From Bradymonadia bacterium (GTDB lineage: Bacteria; Myxococcota_A; Bradymonadia; UBA7976; UBA1532): DNA of 64,000 bases. The notes beneath the pieces were generated by a model. The model was not told the DNA's origin. It was given only the letters and a program-made list of their open reading frames with translations, and made no database searches. Both the position numbers and the translations under genes were made by a program. The stretch is taken from assembly GCA_046290225.1 (NCBI GenBank), contig JBKAGE010000072.1:35764-99763 (forward strand), read 5' to 3'. Shown here in pieces: positions 9,828-20,939 of this stretch. Position 1 is the first letter of the stretch. Each line of letters begins with the position of its first letter.

Positions 9828-12562
9828 GTGTTGTGGGCGCCGCTCATGAGCCAGCGTTGAAGCACCTGAATGATGTCTTCAGCGCGTACAGGCTTGGTCA
9901 GGTAGTCGTCCATACCCGCTTCGAAACACCGCTCCGCGTCTCCGTGCATGGCATTGGCAGTGACGGCCACCACCGGCAGATTGCACAGAGGCGGTGGTAG
10001 CTTGCGAATGGCCTCAGTGGCCATGAAGCCGTCCATCACTGGCATCTGACAATCCATGAAGACCAGCTTGTACGGACCCCCTTCTTGGATGCAGACGAGG
10101 GCTTCCTGACCATTGTCGGCCACCTCGGCGTTCATACCCAAACGGCCGAGGATCCGCATGATCACCCGCTGATTCACAGGGTTGTCTTCGACAACGAGCA
10201 CCCGAGCCGGTGGCAGGCGCACCGGGAATCTGACGCCCTGGTTCGGATCCTTGCTCTCACACAACCCCTGAGGTTCGAGCACCTCGACGATGCGATCGAG
10301 GATCGCCGACTGTCGAAGCGGGCGCGTCAACATGCCCTGACATCCTTTGCCCATCACACCACGCCATTGCGGGCGCTCTGACAGCTCGAGCATCAACAAG
10401 ATGGACAGATCGGGTTGTGTGAGCTCTTGAAGCGTCTTGGCCAGCTTGATGAAGCCTTCTGGGCCATCATCATCGAAGAGGTTCGACTCCAAGATCACGA
10501 GATCGATCTCTTCAAGGGCCCAGGCCGCGGCGATGAGGGCGGTGGTCTCGTCGAGCACGTCGGGGCGCAGAGACCACCGCTGCATCATCTCGATGAAAGC
10601 CCCTCGGGCAGGCCCTGGGTTGCCCACATAGAGGATCCGTTTGCCCACGAGGGATGGCAGCGGCTCTGCAGGGGTCATGACAGCGTGAGGTGCCTCTCCG
10701 AAGACCGCGTCGAAGTGGAAGGTGCTGCCCTCCCCCACCACGCTACTCACGGCGATCTCACCCTTCATCAGCTTGCACAGTTGCCTGCAGATGGCGAGAC
10801 CCAGCCCTGTACCACCATACTTTCGGGTCGTACTCGAATCAGCCTGCACAAAGGGCGCAAACAGTTTGCGTTGTGCCTCTTCGGAGATGCCGATGCCGGT
10901 GTCGGTCACCGAGAACTTCAGCTTGAGCTTCTGCTCGAGACCCTGCTCAGGCTCCAGATCGACCCGGACGGTGATCTCTCCGGTTTCCGTGAACTTCACG
11001 GCGTTGCTCAGCAGGTTGACCAGCACCTGTCTCAGCCGCTTGGGATCCCCGAGGACCACCTTGGGCGCCTCCGGATCGACCCGACACAGCAGAGAGAGAT
11101 CACGGGCTTGAGCCCTTGGCGCGGTGATGCCCAGGCTTTCTTCTACCAGGGCCCGGACATTGAAGGGGATCTGCTCCAACTCAAGCTGGCCGGCCTCGAT
11201 CTTCGAGTAATCAAGGATGTCATTCACGAGGCCCAGCAAGTTCTCGCCGCATAGCCGGATGTTCTCGAGGTAGTCCCGCTGCTCGCTGTCGAGGCTGGTG
11301 TCCCCCATGAGGCCGGTCATGCCGATGATGCCGTTGAGGGGGGTCCTGATCTCGTGGCTCATGGTGGCCAGGAACAACGCCTTGGCTTCCACGGCAGCCT
11401 CGGCGGTCTGCTTGGCTTTGCGGAGGGTCTCTTCGGCCTCGTGTCGATCGGTGACGTCGCGGCCGATGACGAAGACCTGACGATCTTCGAGGCTCGCCGC
11501 CCCAGACCACATGATCCACCGCCACTGACCATCGCCGGTCTGGATCCGATACTCGAAGGTGCCGACGGACTGGCCCTGCCTGAGCTGTTCGAAGGCCTCT
11601 CGGGCCATGGCCTTGTCGTCGGGGTGCACCAGACCCATGAAGGGCCGGGAGAGCAAATCACCTTCGACCCAGTTGAGCAAAGAGCGCCACCGACGGTTGA
11701 GTCGGATGATCTGGCCATCGAAGTCGAGGCTCATCAGCAAGTCGGGCGAGACCTCGAACATGCGCTGATGTGCCTCCTGGGCACGACGCAACGTGAGAAA
11801 CCGGGCGAGGTGACCGCCGAGCAGCTCGATGAGCTCCAAGCGCTCGCCGGCCCCCATGGTGACCCAGGCTGAGGCCTCTTCTCCCCGCGGTGCACCGAAC
11901 CACAGCACCCCATAGAGCTGGTGCTCCACCCTCAGCGGCACCCCGATGAAGGCCCCGAGCTGCAACAGGCGGCACTCCCCGTGACGGGCGAACACGCTCT
12001 TGTTGCTGGCATTGGCCGCCTCCAGAGGGCCCTCGGCAGCCACAATCTCTGCAGCGATCGAGTCGGAGAGCTGGACCTCTTCTGGCAGCAGCTTCACAGC
12101 GGCGCCCAGGGAGCTCTGCGTCAGACATCGGCCTTTCTCGATGCGTGAGATCATGCCCCAGGTGAGCCCGAAGAGGGCACAGCCGGTTTCCAGATACGCC
12201 TGAAAGAGTTGATCGACGTCGCCCCACTGTTGAAGCGCGAGCTGATGGATCAGGAACAACCGCTCCTGATGGCTCACGCCCACCGCCGGGGCCACCAGAT
12301 GGCTGCTGGGCTCTTCTTCAGGTGAAAGCTGCAGGCCGATGAGATCTTTGAGCTTTGCCCATGCAGCTTCGTCGCGACAACATGCGCGCAGCGACGTCAG
12401 CATCTCGGGTGCCCAGGCGGACATGCAAGCTCCGGGATCGGTCCAGGGAAGCACGGCAGACCCTATGACTGGTCTGACGTCTCTCAGGGCACATCGTCGA
12501 TTTTGCTCAGGATCTGAACGGGATCCCCCAGATGACCCAGGTGGGTAGAGTGCGAGGGGCAA
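9791..12562 (-). CDS. hybrid sensor histidine kinase/response regulator (GAF-PAS-HisKA-HATPase-REC-REC)
   Basis: H-box [18 protein letters not shown]. ATPase G-box GGTGLGLAI. Two receiver domains; the second has [18 protein letters not shown]-terminal GAF and PAS regions. N-terminal start uncertain. Confidence 0.85.
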   Translation of the reverse strand: MPLALYPPGSSGGSRSDPEQNRRCALRDVRPVIGSAVLPWTDPGACMSAWAPEMLTSLRACCRDEAAWAKLKDLIGLQLSPEEEPSSHLVAPAVGVSHQERLFLIHQLALQQWGDVDQLFQAYLETGCALFGLTWGMISRIEKGRCLTQSSLGAAVKLLPEEVQLSDSIAAEIVAAEGPLEAANASNKSVFARHGECRLLQLGAFIGVPLRVEHQLYGVLWFGAPRGEEASAWVTMGAGERLELIELLGGHLARFLTLRRAQEAHQRMFEVSPDLLMSLDFDGQIIRLNRRWRSLLNWVEGDLLSRPFMGLVHPDDKAMAREAFEQLRQGQSVGTFEYRIQTGDGQWRWIMWSGAASLEDRQVFVIGRDVTDRHEAEETLRKAKQTAEAAVEAKALFLATMSHEIRTPLNGIIGMTGLMGDTSLDSEQRDYLENIRLCGENLLGLVNDILDYSKIEAGQLELEQIPFNVRALVEESLGITAPRAQARDLSLLCRVDPEAPKVVLGDPKRLRQVLVNLLSNAVKFTETGEITVRVDLEPEQGLEQKLKLKFSVTDTGIGISEEAQRKLFAPFVQADSSTTRKYGGTGLGLAICRQLCKLMKGEIAVSSVVGEGSTFHFDAVFGEAPHAVMTPAEPLPSLVGKRILYVGNPGPARGAFIEMMQRWSLRPDVLDETTALIAAAWALEEIDLVILESNLFDDDGPEGFIKLAKTLQELTQPDLSILLMLELSERPQWRGVMGKGCQGMLTRPLRQSAILDRIVEVLEPQGLCESKDPNQGVRFPVRLPPARVLVVEDNPVNQRVIMRILGRLGMNAEVADNGQEALVCIQEGGPYKLVFMDCQMPVMDGFMATEAIRKLPPPLCNLPVVAVTANAMHGDAERCFEAGMDDYLTKPVRAEDIIQVLQRWLMSGAHNTHEGRTTGQAKG

Positions 12563-12606
12563 AGAACAACCGCGTCGAGCCTCTCAAGAGGGACTTGGAG
12601 GCCATC

Positions 12607-13812
12607 TCAGTCTGCGGTGATGATCTCCACCCCAGCGGGGGTGTCGAAGTCGATGACCAGGGCAGCGTCTCCGCTGAGCAGCGCGGTGAGCGCTCCACCA
12701 AAGGCTTCGCCCCGCCAGCCCTCGGACAAGGCACCGCCTCCTCCTCGAGTGCGATGGGCGAGCCAGTGACGGGCGAGCAGCTCTACATCGGCACGGGTGC
12801 CCACAAGCCAGGGGGAGATCTCCTCGCCACGACACAGGCCCTTGAGGCAGCCGTCGAGGATCAACGCGATGGCCCCGAGCCGCGGATCGCCCGGAAGGCC
12901 GCTCTCCCCCGGCCACACCGGCCATGTCTTCGGATCGGCACGGGCACCTGACTGGATGGCCTCAAGCAGCGCTGGGCCATGACCATCTTTGACCCATCGC
13001 CGCACGATGCGGATGTCTTCGAGTCGCTCTTCGGTCACAGGTGCGGCCTTCGCCAGAGCCACCATGATGCTGTCGGACATGACCCGCTTGGGCAGGGTGC
13101 TCCGCGACACCGACAGCGCCTCGCGCCAGCGGGCGAGGGCGGCGAGGATGGACAGCTTGCGACCCCGAAGCGACTTGGCCCCGCCCACACGGGTCCAGGC
13201 CTCCGTGGGGGCGGCGGCCTTGATGGCGTCGCTGCGCAGCTTGGCCGATGCCTCTCGGGCCCACTCGAGCCGGCCTCTGGCCTCGAGGCGGTCCATCAAA
13301 GTGCGGTACAGGGGCAGCAGATACTCAACATCTTCGAGGGCATACCTGATCTGGCTGGCCTTGAGCGGCCGCCGGGACCAGTCGCTCATGGACTGATCGC
13401 GGCTGACCTCGACGTTCAAGAAGCTGTTCACCGTCCTGGCATAGCCGGGGCGGCCGTCAGTGCACTGTAAGAAGCCCGCGGCGATCTGAGTGTCGAAGAC
13501 CCGCTCGGGGACCGGGGCCCCGAGGTAGGCGATGACCTCGAGGTCCTGCCGGGCATCGTGGAGCACCACCTCGCACTCGGCGAGGGCCTCGAAAAGGGGG
13601 CCGAGATCGAGATCGGCATATGGATCGACCGCGACGAAGGGCTGATCGGGCACGGCGAGCTGCAACAGACACAGCTCGGGGGCCAGGCGGCCTTCACGTT
13701 GAAACTCGGTATCGATCCCCACAACGTCGGCCTCTTTTACGGCCTCGACGAGGGCCTGGAGTGCCGAAGGGGTTTCGATGAGACTGCTCTCGGTGTATGT
13801 GCGTTTCGCCAT
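12607..13812 (-). CDS. rnd: ribonuclease D
   Basis: Start MAKRTYTESS. DEDD exonuclease motifs VGIDTEF, then the YALEDVEYLLPLY region, then an HRDC-like C-terminus. The ORF tracker extends 14 codons upstream. Confidence 0.8.
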   Translation of the reverse strand: MAKRTYTESSLIETPSALQALVEAVKEADVVGIDTEFQREGRLAPELCLLQLAVPDQPFVAVDPYADLDLGPLFEALAECEVVLHDARQDLEVIAYLGAPVPERVFDTQIAAGFLQCTDGRPGYARTVNSFLNVEVSRDQSMSDWSRRPLKASQIRYALEDVEYLLPLYRTLMDRLEARGRLEWAREASAKLRSDAIKAAAPTEAWTRVGGAKSLRGRKLSILAALARWREALSVSRSTLPKRVMSDSIMVALAKAAPVTEERLEDIRIVRRWVKDGHGPALLEAIQSGARADPKTWPVWPGESGLPGDPRLGAIALILDGCLKGLCRGEEISPWLVGTRADVELLARHWLAHRTRGGGGALSEGWRGEAFGGALTALLSGDAALVIDFDTPAGVEIITAD

Positions 13813-13966
13813 GGCGCCACTGTGTACCGGCACGGGCCATGGAGCAACTTCCACGGTGGCGGCTGCATCACTGGGCCATCACCGTCGGCACGCCGCTCGG
13901 TCCATCGCTCGCACTCGAGCGCCACAGCCGATACAGTGTGCCCACCAACGAAGAGAGAGATTGGTC

Positions 13967-14941
13967 GTGGTCCAGAATCATGCCCTCAACCCCCGCCCCG
14001 TCGCCGAAGAGCTCTATCGCCTGCTCAGGGAGATGGACCCCGCCCGCTGGAAAGACGAGTGGGAGGGTAAGGCCCGTGATCGCATGCTGGCGCTTCGTGA
14101 GCGGCTGCATCAGATGCTTGAGGATCGCGCCCTGAGCGCGCCCTCTGCCGAGGCCCTCAAAGAGCGCCTCGCTGAGCTGGCCCACTTGATCGAGACCGCC
14201 ATGCCCCGGCCAGGGCAGCCCGTGGAGCGACTCAAGGGCAGCTGGGGTGAGTTCCGGTTGAAGATGGTGCCGGCCTACGAGCGCCTCGCCGGCACCCTCT
14301 CGGGCATGGACATCCACGTGCCCTCACTGCGGCCCACCAACTACCGCCGCAACGTGTTCCACGCCTTCAACGGCATCTGGGCCCTCACCTTCGTGCACCA
14401 CATCATGTCGATGCTGGGCATCCAGATCTTCGCCGTGGTCTTCACCACCATCTGCTGGACGACCGAGTTCTTGAGGCGCCGCAGCCCCGAGCTCAACGCC
14501 CGCATCATGCGGCTGTTCAAGCCCATCGCCCACCCTCACGAGACCTGGCGGGTGAACTCGGCGACCTGGTACGCCACCTCGTTCCTGTTCCTGGCTTTCT
14601 GTGGTGATCTCGCCGCCGTGAGCGTGGCCCTCATCGTGCTGGCCCTCGGCGATCCCGCTGCGGCGATCATCGGCCGACGGTTCGGCCGCACCAAGCTGGT
14701 CCACGGTCGATCCCTCGAAGGCACCCTGGCCTTCGTGGCCTTCGGCGCCCTCGGCGCCTTCGTCACGCTGTCGATCTACCACCCCGAGTTCACCGCCGCT
14801 CAAGCGGTGGCCGTGGCCTTCGCCGGTGCGGTGCCCGGGGCCCTCGCTGAGCTCTTCAGTCGCCGCGTGGACGACAACTTCTCGGTGCCGGTGTGCACCG
14901 CCACTGGGGTGCTTGTGTTGCGCGCCCTCGCTGGTTTCTGA
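13967..14941 (+). CDS. CTP-dependent polyprenol/phytol kinase-like membrane protein (dolichol kinase/CTP-transferase-1 superfamily)
   Basis: C-terminal GRRFGRTKLVHGRSLEGTLAF motif within a multi-TM domain. Soluble helical N-domain. GTG at 13967 follows AGAGAGAGA. The ORF tracker start at 13778 would overlap the divergent rnd gene. Confidence 0.5.
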   Translation: MVQNHALNPRPVAEELYRLLREMDPARWKDEWEGKARDRMLALRERLHQMLEDRALSAPSAEALKERLAELAHLIETAMPRPGQPVERLKGSWGEFRLKMVPAYERLAGTLSGMDIHVPSLRPTNYRRNVFHAFNGIWALTFVHHIMSMLGIQIFAVVFTTICWTTEFLRRRSPELNARIMRLFKPIAHPHETWRVNSATWYATSFLFLAFCGDLAAVSVALIVLALGDPAAAIIGRRFGRTKLVHGRSLEGTLAFVAFGALGAFVTLSIYHPEFTAAQAVAVAFAGAVPGALAELFSRRVDDNFSVPVCTATGVLVLRALAGF

Positions 14942-14970
14942 GCCCCCTCCCTTCCCCCCTGGAGCCCAAC

Positions 14971-15744
14971 ATGTCCGACGGCCACATCGAGGTCCGTGAT
15001 CACGGCGCGGTGCGGGTGCTGATCTTTCAGCGCCCTGAGCGCAAGAACGCCTTCACCCGGGCGATGTACACGCAGATCAACGCCGCCCTCGACGACGCCG
15101 CCGAGGCCCGAGAGGTCAGAGCGGTCCTGTTCACCGGCGCCGGTGATGCCTTCAGCGCTGGCAACGATCTGATGGACTTCATGCAAGATCCTCCCACCGG
15201 TGAGGACTCTCCGGTCTTCGGCCTGCTCAAGCGCCTGGTCAGCTTCGAGAAGCCCATGGTCGCTGCGGTGAACGGCGCCGCCATCGGCATCGGCACCACT
15301 CTGCTGCTGCACTGCGATCTCGCCTACACCGCCGACAACGCCACCTTCCAGATGCCCTTCGTACCCCTGGGCCTCGTGCCCGAGGCGGCCTCGAGCCTGT
15401 TCGTGCCCATGATGGTGGGCCACGTGAAGGCGGCGGAGTTGCTGCTCCTCGGCGAGAAGTTCACCGCCGACGCCGCAGAGCGGATGGGCTTCGTCAACGC
15501 CGTGGTGCCCGCAGCACAGCTCATGGAGACGGCTCTGGCGAAAGCCATCCGCCTCGCAGCGCTGCCCCCGGGGGCCGTGAAGCAGTCCAAGGCCCTCATG
15601 CGTCGGGCCCAGAAGGCCCTGGTGGCCGAGACGATGACCGAAGAGGGTCGCGTCTTCGTCGAGCGCCTCGCCAGCCCCGAGACTTCTGAGGCGATCCAGG
15701 CGTTCTTCGAGAAACGCGCCCCCGACTTCTCGAAGTTCTCCTGA
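14971..15744 (+). CDS. enoyl-CoA hydratase/isomerase family protein
   Basis: Start MSDGHIEV. Crotonase-fold motifs LFTGAGDAFSAGNDL and AAVNGAAIGIGTTL. Confidence 0.8.
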   Translation: MSDGHIEVRDHGAVRVLIFQRPERKNAFTRAMYTQINAALDDAAEAREVRAVLFTGAGDAFSAGNDLMDFMQDPPTGEDSPVFGLLKRLVSFEKPMVAAVNGAAIGIGTTLLLHCDLAYTADNATFQMPFVPLGLVPEAASSLFVPMMVGHVKAAELLLLGEKFTADAAERMGFVNAVVPAAQLMETALAKAIRLAALPPGAVKQSKALMRRAQKALVAETMTEEGRVFVERLASPETSEAIQAFFEKRAPDFSKFS

Positions 15745-15745
15745 G

Positions 15746-16654
15746 ATGGGTGCCCACGACGACGGGGGCTGGTATCCCCGCAACCTGATCGGCTACGGCG
15801 TCACCCCGCCGGATCCCCAGTGGCCCGACGGCGCCCGGCTGGCGCTGTCCTTCGTGGTGAATTACGAAGAGGGCGGCGAGAACACCGTGCTCGACGGCGA
15901 CGCTGGATCCGAGGTGTTCCTCAACGAGACCCCAGGGGGCACGCCGATCCTCGGGGCCCGGGACATCGAGATCGAATCTCAGTACGCCTACGGCAGCCGG
16001 GCCGGGGTCTGGCGCCTGCTGCGCATGTTCCGACAGCGCGGCCTGCGGTTCACGAGCTACGCCGTGGGGCTGGCCATCAGCCGGAACCCCGACGTGGCCC
16101 GAGCCATGATCGAAGACGGCCACGAGATCGCCAGCCACGGGCACCGCTGGATCGATTATCAAGACGTGCCCGAAGAAGTGGAGCGTGCTCACATCGCAGC
16201 GGCGGTGCAGGCCATCGAAGAGGCCTGTGGGGTCAAGCCCCGAGGCTGGTACACCGGCCGCGTGAGCCCGCGCACGCGTCGGCTGGTCATGGAGCACGGC
16301 GGCTTTGATTACGACTGCGACGCCTATGATGACGATCTGCCCTATTGGGTCTCTGTAGGTGAGCAGCGACAGCTCGTGATCCCCTACACCCTCGATCACA
16401 ACGACATGAAGTTCTGTGTGCCTCCGGGCTTCACCTCTGGGGCAGGCTTCTACAACTACCTCAAAGACGCCTTCGACACGTTGCACGCCGAGGGGGGACG
16501 CATGATGTCGGTGGGGCTGCACTGTCGCCTCGCCGGACGCCCTGGCCGCGCTGCGGCCCTTGGGCGGTTCCTCGACTACGTCAAAGGCTTCGACGATGTC
16601 TGGATCTGCACCCGAGCCGAGATCGCCGATCACTGGCGCGCCACCCACCCCTGA
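15746..16654 (+). CDS. polysaccharide deacetylase-family protein (PuuE-type allantoinase-like)
   Basis: ATG 1 nt after the upstream stop. YPRNLIGYG...NYEEGGEN...HGHRW...HGGFDYDCDAYDDDLPYW matches PuuE/chitooligosaccharide-deacetylase-like proteins. Confidence 0.7.
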   Translation: MGAHDDGGWYPRNLIGYGVTPPDPQWPDGARLALSFVVNYEEGGENTVLDGDAGSEVFLNETPGGTPILGARDIEIESQYAYGSRAGVWRLLRMFRQRGLRFTSYAVGLAISRNPDVARAMIEDGHEIASHGHRWIDYQDVPEEVERAHIAAAVQAIEEACGVKPRGWYTGRVSPRTRRLVMEHGGFDYDCDAYDDDLPYWVSVGEQRQLVIPYTLDHNDMKFCVPPGFTSGAGFYNYLKDAFDTLHAEGGRMMSVGLHCRLAGRPGRAAALGRFLDYVKGFDDVWICTRAEIADHWRATHP

Positions 16655-16671
16655 ATCCATCACGAGGGATC

Positions 16672-17568
<897 letters not shown>

Positions 17569-17585
17569 TCACCCCTGCGTCGCGC

Positions 17586-18260
17586 TCAGCTCCGATCCCG
17601 CCCCACCGTCAAGCCCACCATCGCCGCGATGAAGATCGCCACGTAGAGCACCCCGATGGAGCCCTCCACCATGGCCAGCGACTGTGTCTGCGTCGTCGCC
17701 GGGGTGATGTCACCGTAGCCCACGGTGGTGAGGGTCATGAAGCTGAAGAACACCAGTGTCTGCCAGCCTGCCTGGGCCTGAATCGGGTTGCCCACATGAA
17801 ACGAGCCTGGGTTCACGGTCTCGATGAGATCGTAGATTTGGGCGAAGGTGAAGCCCACGAGCAAATAGCCGGAGATGGCCCCGGCGATGGTGCCCGCAGT
17901 GAGCCGGGCGCTCATCAACACTTCGTGCATCACCATCACGGTGACGAAGAGATAAAACAGGCCGTACAGCAGCTCGGTACACCAGATCGGCGCCATCTCG
18001 GGCTCGATGAAGTCGAGGCAATGACACCCCAGAGCCAGCACGGCCAGCCCACCACTCACCGGATACGCGAAGCTGTGGCCTCTCAGGGCGTAGACCCCCG
18101 TGAGCACCCCAGTCATGGCGAGCAAGCCCCCAAGCAACGCGCCGAGCTCCCCATCGGGCACGTAGGGATACGCCAGCATCATGAAGAAGAGCGCCACCAT
18201 CAGCGGAGCGAATCGATCTCTCTGGCTCGGCAGGCGCTTGAGAGCGCGCGGGGCGTTCAT
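17586..18260 (-). CDS. two-TM potassium channel family protein
   Basis: Selectivity filter TLTTVGYGDITP. Flanking TM helices. Confidence 0.75.
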   Translation of the reverse strand: MNAPRALKRLPSQRDRFAPLMVALFFMMLAYPYVPDGELGALLGGLLAMTGVLTGVYALRGHSFAYPVSGGLAVLALGCHCLDFIEPEMAPIWCTELLYGLFYLFVTVMVMHEVLMSARLTAGTIAGAISGYLLVGFTFAQIYDLIETVNPGSFHVGNPIQAQAGWQTLVFFSFMTLTTVGYGDITPATTQTQSLAMVEGSIGVLYVAIFIAAMVGLTVGRDRS

Positions 18261-18270
18261 TCGGTGAAGC

Positions 18271-19680
18271 TCACAGATCGATGCTCAGGTTCAGACCGCC
18301 GCCATCATATAGGTTCCCGTCACCGTCCACATCCCATCCCAGGCCGAAGGATCCCCAGATGCGATCGCCGAGCTGTAGCGTAAAGCGTGTGGTGATACGC
18401 TGATTGGCCAGCTGTTGCCGGGCCCCGACCCGACCACTGATCAGCCTGCGCCCCGCCATGAACCCCAACTCGCCCCCCCACACCTCACCAAAGGGCCAGA
18501 ACAGGCGGCTGTGCGCCAGCCACCGCGTCTCCCCGGCCTGGGCGCGCTCACCAGGCAGGTTCGGCGGGATCGGTGGGATCTCCCCGGGACGAGGGGCGTT
18601 CGACAGGCGACTGCCCGCCCACTCGGCCAGCGGCCCTGTGACGTCGGTCCACGTGAAGCCCACCTCGAGATGACGCCCCCGGCCCAGATCACTCAACGCC
18701 CAGCCCCGGCCCTGCCGCCAGCCCTCGTCGATGCGGCCATTGCGCGACTCGCCTTCGGACAGCTCGGCATACCCCCGCCAACGGGTGGAGGTCTCCAAGG
18801 CCAGCGCTGATGCGCCGATCGCCACGGGCCATGTCGGCAGGTGATATTCAACCAGCGCACCGGCGGCCCAGCCATGATCGAGCCGCTGGTGATCGAGGAT
18901 GCCGTCGTCTGTGTAGACATACGCGGTCTCGAAGGTGGGGATCAGCGCCCCATAGATCTCCACATAGGCCCCAGAGTACTGCGCGCTGACGCCTTCGAGC
19001 ATCACGATCAATGGCAGCTGCTGGTGATCGACGGTTCGAGGCAATGGCGCCTCTCGGGACTCTGCCAGAGCGTAGGCCACGTCGTTGAACGGATCGACGA
19101 GCAGCGCCCTCAGGCTCAGGCGACCCCATCGATCGTCGCGCAGGCCCACAGCGAGATCGACGTCGAGATCTTCCTTCTCCCAGCGCGCATACAGACCGGT
19201 CCGGAGGTAGAGCGGCGTGTCGGCGAGCTCGCTCACCTCGACGTCGAGGCGCAGCAACCCGCTCTGGGTGGTGCGATCGGCGCGCCGATCGAGACGCATG
19301 CCCACCTTCACCCCATCACCCACTGGAGCGGCCACTTTGATCTCGGCCTCGTGAAAGAATGTGAACTCGTTGATGCTCTGCACCCTCAGCCGGGCGCCGT
19401 TGTCCCGCACGGACCACGCCCTGTTGCCCCGTACTGGGTAGTCGGTGACGGCGAGGTCGAAGGCATACTCCGGGTACTGACGGGCATTGAGGCGTTGCTG
19501 AAGACCACCCTCGGGATCAGGGCGCCCATGACGATCGATGACGCGCCGCCACTGGGCATCCCAGGTGAGCTTCAACGTCTCGCTGCCGACCTCCTGGCCC
19601 TGAGCATGGGCAAAGCGTGCAGAGAGCCCGAGAGCGGACCAGACGGCACAGAGACAGATGAAGGTTTGCAGGGGGTGCAC
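18271..19680 (-). CDS. hypothetical secreted protein (possible outer-membrane protein)
   Basis: Long ORF ending 10 nt upstream of the channel gene. Candidate GTG start at 19680 precedes the signal-like HPLQTFICLCAVWSALGLSARFAHA. The 5' extension to 19944 is unlikely to be translated. No recognisable domain. Confidence 0.4.
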   Translation of the reverse strand: MHPLQTFICLCAVWSALGLSARFAHAQGQEVGSETLKLTWDAQWRRVIDRHGRPDPEGGLQQRLNARQYPEYAFDLAVTDYPVRGNRAWSVRDNGARLRVQSINEFTFFHEAEIKVAAPVGDGVKVGMRLDRRADRTTQSGLLRLDVEVSELADTPLYLRTGLYARWEKEDLDVDLAVGLRDDRWGRLSLRALLVDPFNDVAYALAESREAPLPRTVDHQQLPLIVMLEGVSAQYSGAYVEIYGALIPTFETAYVYTDDGILDHQRLDHGWAAGALVEYHLPTWPVAIGASALALETSTRWRGYAELSEGESRNGRIDEGWRQGRGWALSDLGRGRHLEVGFTWTDVTGPLAEWAGSRLSNAPRPGEIPPIPPNLPGERAQAGETRWLAHSRLFWPFGEVWGGELGFMAGRRLISGRVGARQQLANQRITTRFTLQLGDRIWGSFGLGWDVDGDGNLYDGGGLNLSIDL

Positions 19681-20116
19681 GACCAGGCGTCGCGGATGGG
19701 GGGATACAGGCAGACGGCTCTGGAGGTTCAGTTGAGGGTCGCGTAGCCCGTGGACGCGCTCGCATGGGCGATGACCCTGGGCGCGAGCAGGGCGATGACC
19801 GCAAGAGACAACACCAGGATCACCCACCACCCGTAGCGCTCCATGAGGGCGCTGGGGGTGATTGCGCTGCTCTGTGTTTTGTTGCTGTGCATCGGCAACC
19901 TCCAAAGGACGGCGGAGTGTTCCATTGTGCAGCATCTCTGTCAATCCCCTTGGGTTTCATGGGGTTCTACGCACAATGAGGCGAAATGTAGGGCAATTGT
20001 CACCTGATGTGGAGCCCTCCACGACCCCCACGGGACCGCTCGCACCATAAACTCCTGTATGTAGATCCTTTCGGGCGGTAAACCGTGTATCGGCTCAACC
20101 CACAGCGGATCCGCCC

Positions 20117-20917
20117 ATGCAGCTCACCGACGTGATTCTTGAGATCGACGGCCCCATCGCCCAGATCACCCTCGACCGACCCGAGGCTCGAAACGCCTAC
20201 AGCGACGCCATGATCGACAGCCTCGTCGGCGCCTTCGACGCCGTGGAGGCCGATCCATCGGTCAGGTGCATCGTGCTCACCGGCGCCGGCAAGGCCTTCA
20301 GCGCCGGAGGCGATCTCAAGGCCATGCGCGACAAGACCGGCATGTTCGCCGGTGGGCCCGCTGACCTGCGGGCCCGATACATCGCGCGGATTCAGCAGAT
20401 CCCCCGCCGGCTCGCCCGCTGCGCGCTGCCCATCGTCGCCGCCGTCAACGGCCCCGCCATCGGCGCGGGGCTCGACCTCGCCTGTATGTGCGATCTGCGC
20501 ATCGCCGCCGAGGGGGCCCGCTTTGGCTCGACCTTCACCCGAGTGGGCCTCGTGCCCGGCGACGGCGGCGCGTGGCTGCTCCAACGCGTCATTGGGCTGC
20601 CCAAGGCCCTCGACCTGATGCTCACCGCACGCCTCGTCAAGACCGACGAGGCGCTGGCCATGGGCCTCGTCAACCGCGTGGTCCCGCCCGAGCAGCTGCT
20701 CGACGAGGCTCGGACCACGGCCACGCACATCGCCAGCAACTCGCCTCTGGCCGTGCGGCTCACCAAACGTGCCGCCTATCAGGCCTACGAGACCTCTCTC
20801 GAGGCCGCCTTGGAGCAGGCCGCCACATACCAGGGCATCGTGCAGAACACCGAGGATCACCTCGAAGCCGTAGCTGCCCTGCTCGAAAAACGCACCCCCA
20901 ACTTCACCGGACATTGA
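20117..20917 (+). CDS. enoyl-CoA hydratase/isomerase family protein
   Basis: LTGAGKAFSAGGDLK and AAVNGPAIGAGLDLA crotonase motifs. Confidence 0.8.
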   Translation: MQLTDVILEIDGPIAQITLDRPEARNAYSDAMIDSLVGAFDAVEADPSVRCIVLTGAGKAFSAGGDLKAMRDKTGMFAGGPADLRARYIARIQQIPRRLARCALPIVAAVNGPAIGAGLDLACMCDLRIAAEGARFGSTFTRVGLVPGDGGAWLLQRVIGLPKALDLMLTARLVKTDEALAMGLVNRVVPPEQLLDEARTTATHIASNSPLAVRLTKRAAYQAYETSLEAALEQAATYQGIVQNTEDHLEAVAALLEKRTPNFTGH

Positions 20918-20939
20918 TCCCCCACCCCTGAGGAGGCCC

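Noticed and set aside
9389-10000. 203-aa plus-strand ORF overlapping the histidine-kinase 3' end
   Set aside because: Out of frame with the plausible small membrane ORF and antisense to the HATPase/REC-coding region. No features.
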